A stretch of 64,000 nt of DNA from positions 1 to 64,000 of the forward strand of contig CBFFRP010000146.1 of the NCBI GenBank assembly GCA_965644295.1, read 5' to 3'. The DNA comes from Paraphysomonas bandaiensis (Eukaryota > Protista > Chrysophyceae). The notes under the pieces are model-generated. The model was not told where the DNA came from. It saw nothing but the letters and a program-made list of their open reading frames with translations, and made no database searches. This document shows, piece after piece, positions 63,250-64,000 of the stretch (positions are counted from its first letter, which is position 1; the number at the start of each line of letters is the position of its first letter). The position numbers and the translations under genes were made by a program.

Positions 63250-64000
63250 ATGCCTATTGCTATTCGTACAATTTCAAACCCATTTGAATGCACTGATCAT
63301 TCTTCCTATACTAAAGATCGAGATGGAAGTCATGTGTTACAGAGTGCTCATATAGCGAGGTGTGTTATCTCTCCTATTAATACATATGTCTCTTATATAT
63401 ATACGCAGTATGGTGGGCTCTATTCAACAAGTAGCTCTTCTTGCAGATTATGCGACTGAGATATTCAATAACCTTCAACAATATACGGCTAGACTGAATG
63501 ATCGAATCGCCGACATCTCGTCCCGAGCCAATGACGTGTGTCGAAACCTCCCAGATGTACAGCGTATAGTCTCTCAAATAGATACCAGCGCACCTGCTCC
63601 ACACTCCGCATTTAAACAGAGTGAAGTCTCAACTGAAACTCAGATGTTGACTGTACATACACGATCCCAATCTATCAAGGAAAGATATGAGCATGGCATG
63701 GAAAAAATTCCTAATGTCGCAGAGATGGATCACTACCTCACTTCGCTTTCTGAGAAGGAGCTAAGCTCAATGGGATTCCGAGTCAAGGATTCTATGTCCA
63801 AGGTTTCCTGTACTGCTCTCTACTCTGATCCGTCCTTTTTTCTTGATGAGTGGATTCGAGTTGAGGAAGAGCGACAGAAAATACAGAAGGCTGAGAAAGA
63901 TAAGAAGAAGAAAGAGCGCCAAGAGCGGCGTGCAGCCTTGCGATTGGAAAGAGAGAAAAAGCGCAGCGCCCAAAGTAAGCCTGAGAAAAAGAAGGGGCTC
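63250..64000 (+). CDS. SCAR: SCAR/WAVE family Arp2/3 activator, N-terminal part (runs off the window)
   Basis: After intron ~63360-63408: QQVALLADYATEIFNNL...RI..., IKERYE...P...MDHY, YSDPSFFLDEW, then a basic KKKKERQERR region. This is the WAVE homology domain plus basic motif. Confidence 0.85.

Overview
Eukaryotic nuclear DNA from a compact, intron-rich genome. Introns are mostly ~45-60 nt GT-AG, with one GC-AG. Gene content and an ankyrin family suggest a stramenopile, probably chrysophyte-like; this is inference. About 19 protein genes, mostly in head-to-head pairs: C2-domain protein, GT4+PAN glycosyltransferase, multi-domain GT2/CgeB-like glycosyltransferase, ankyrin protein, two intronless sulfotransferases, CIA30-family protein, F-box/Tudor/CaaX protein, PEX11, CCDC148, alpha/beta hydrolase, SAM carrier, Tubby protein, tandem two-repeat CNBD K+ channel, HPt protein, MyTH4-FERM myosin, SCAR/WAVE and two unknowns. 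Mobile DNA: one intact, very recent Ty1/copia element (apparently identical 293-bp TA...CA LTRs, AAAAT TSD, ORF starting inside the LTR, D-T-C protease motif). Four decayed relatives are present, two of which form a fold-back hairpin. There is also a LINE 3' remnant and an H+-pyrophosphatase pseudogene. Most striking pattern: both long (CATA)n/(TATG)n arrays sit in divergent promoters directly upstream of an intronless, AT-rich sulfotransferase, in the same orientation. Other divergent promoters share a block of ~10.5-bp-phased A/T tracts flanked by TACA/TGTA-rich DNA. Exon models were read by eye and no searches were run.
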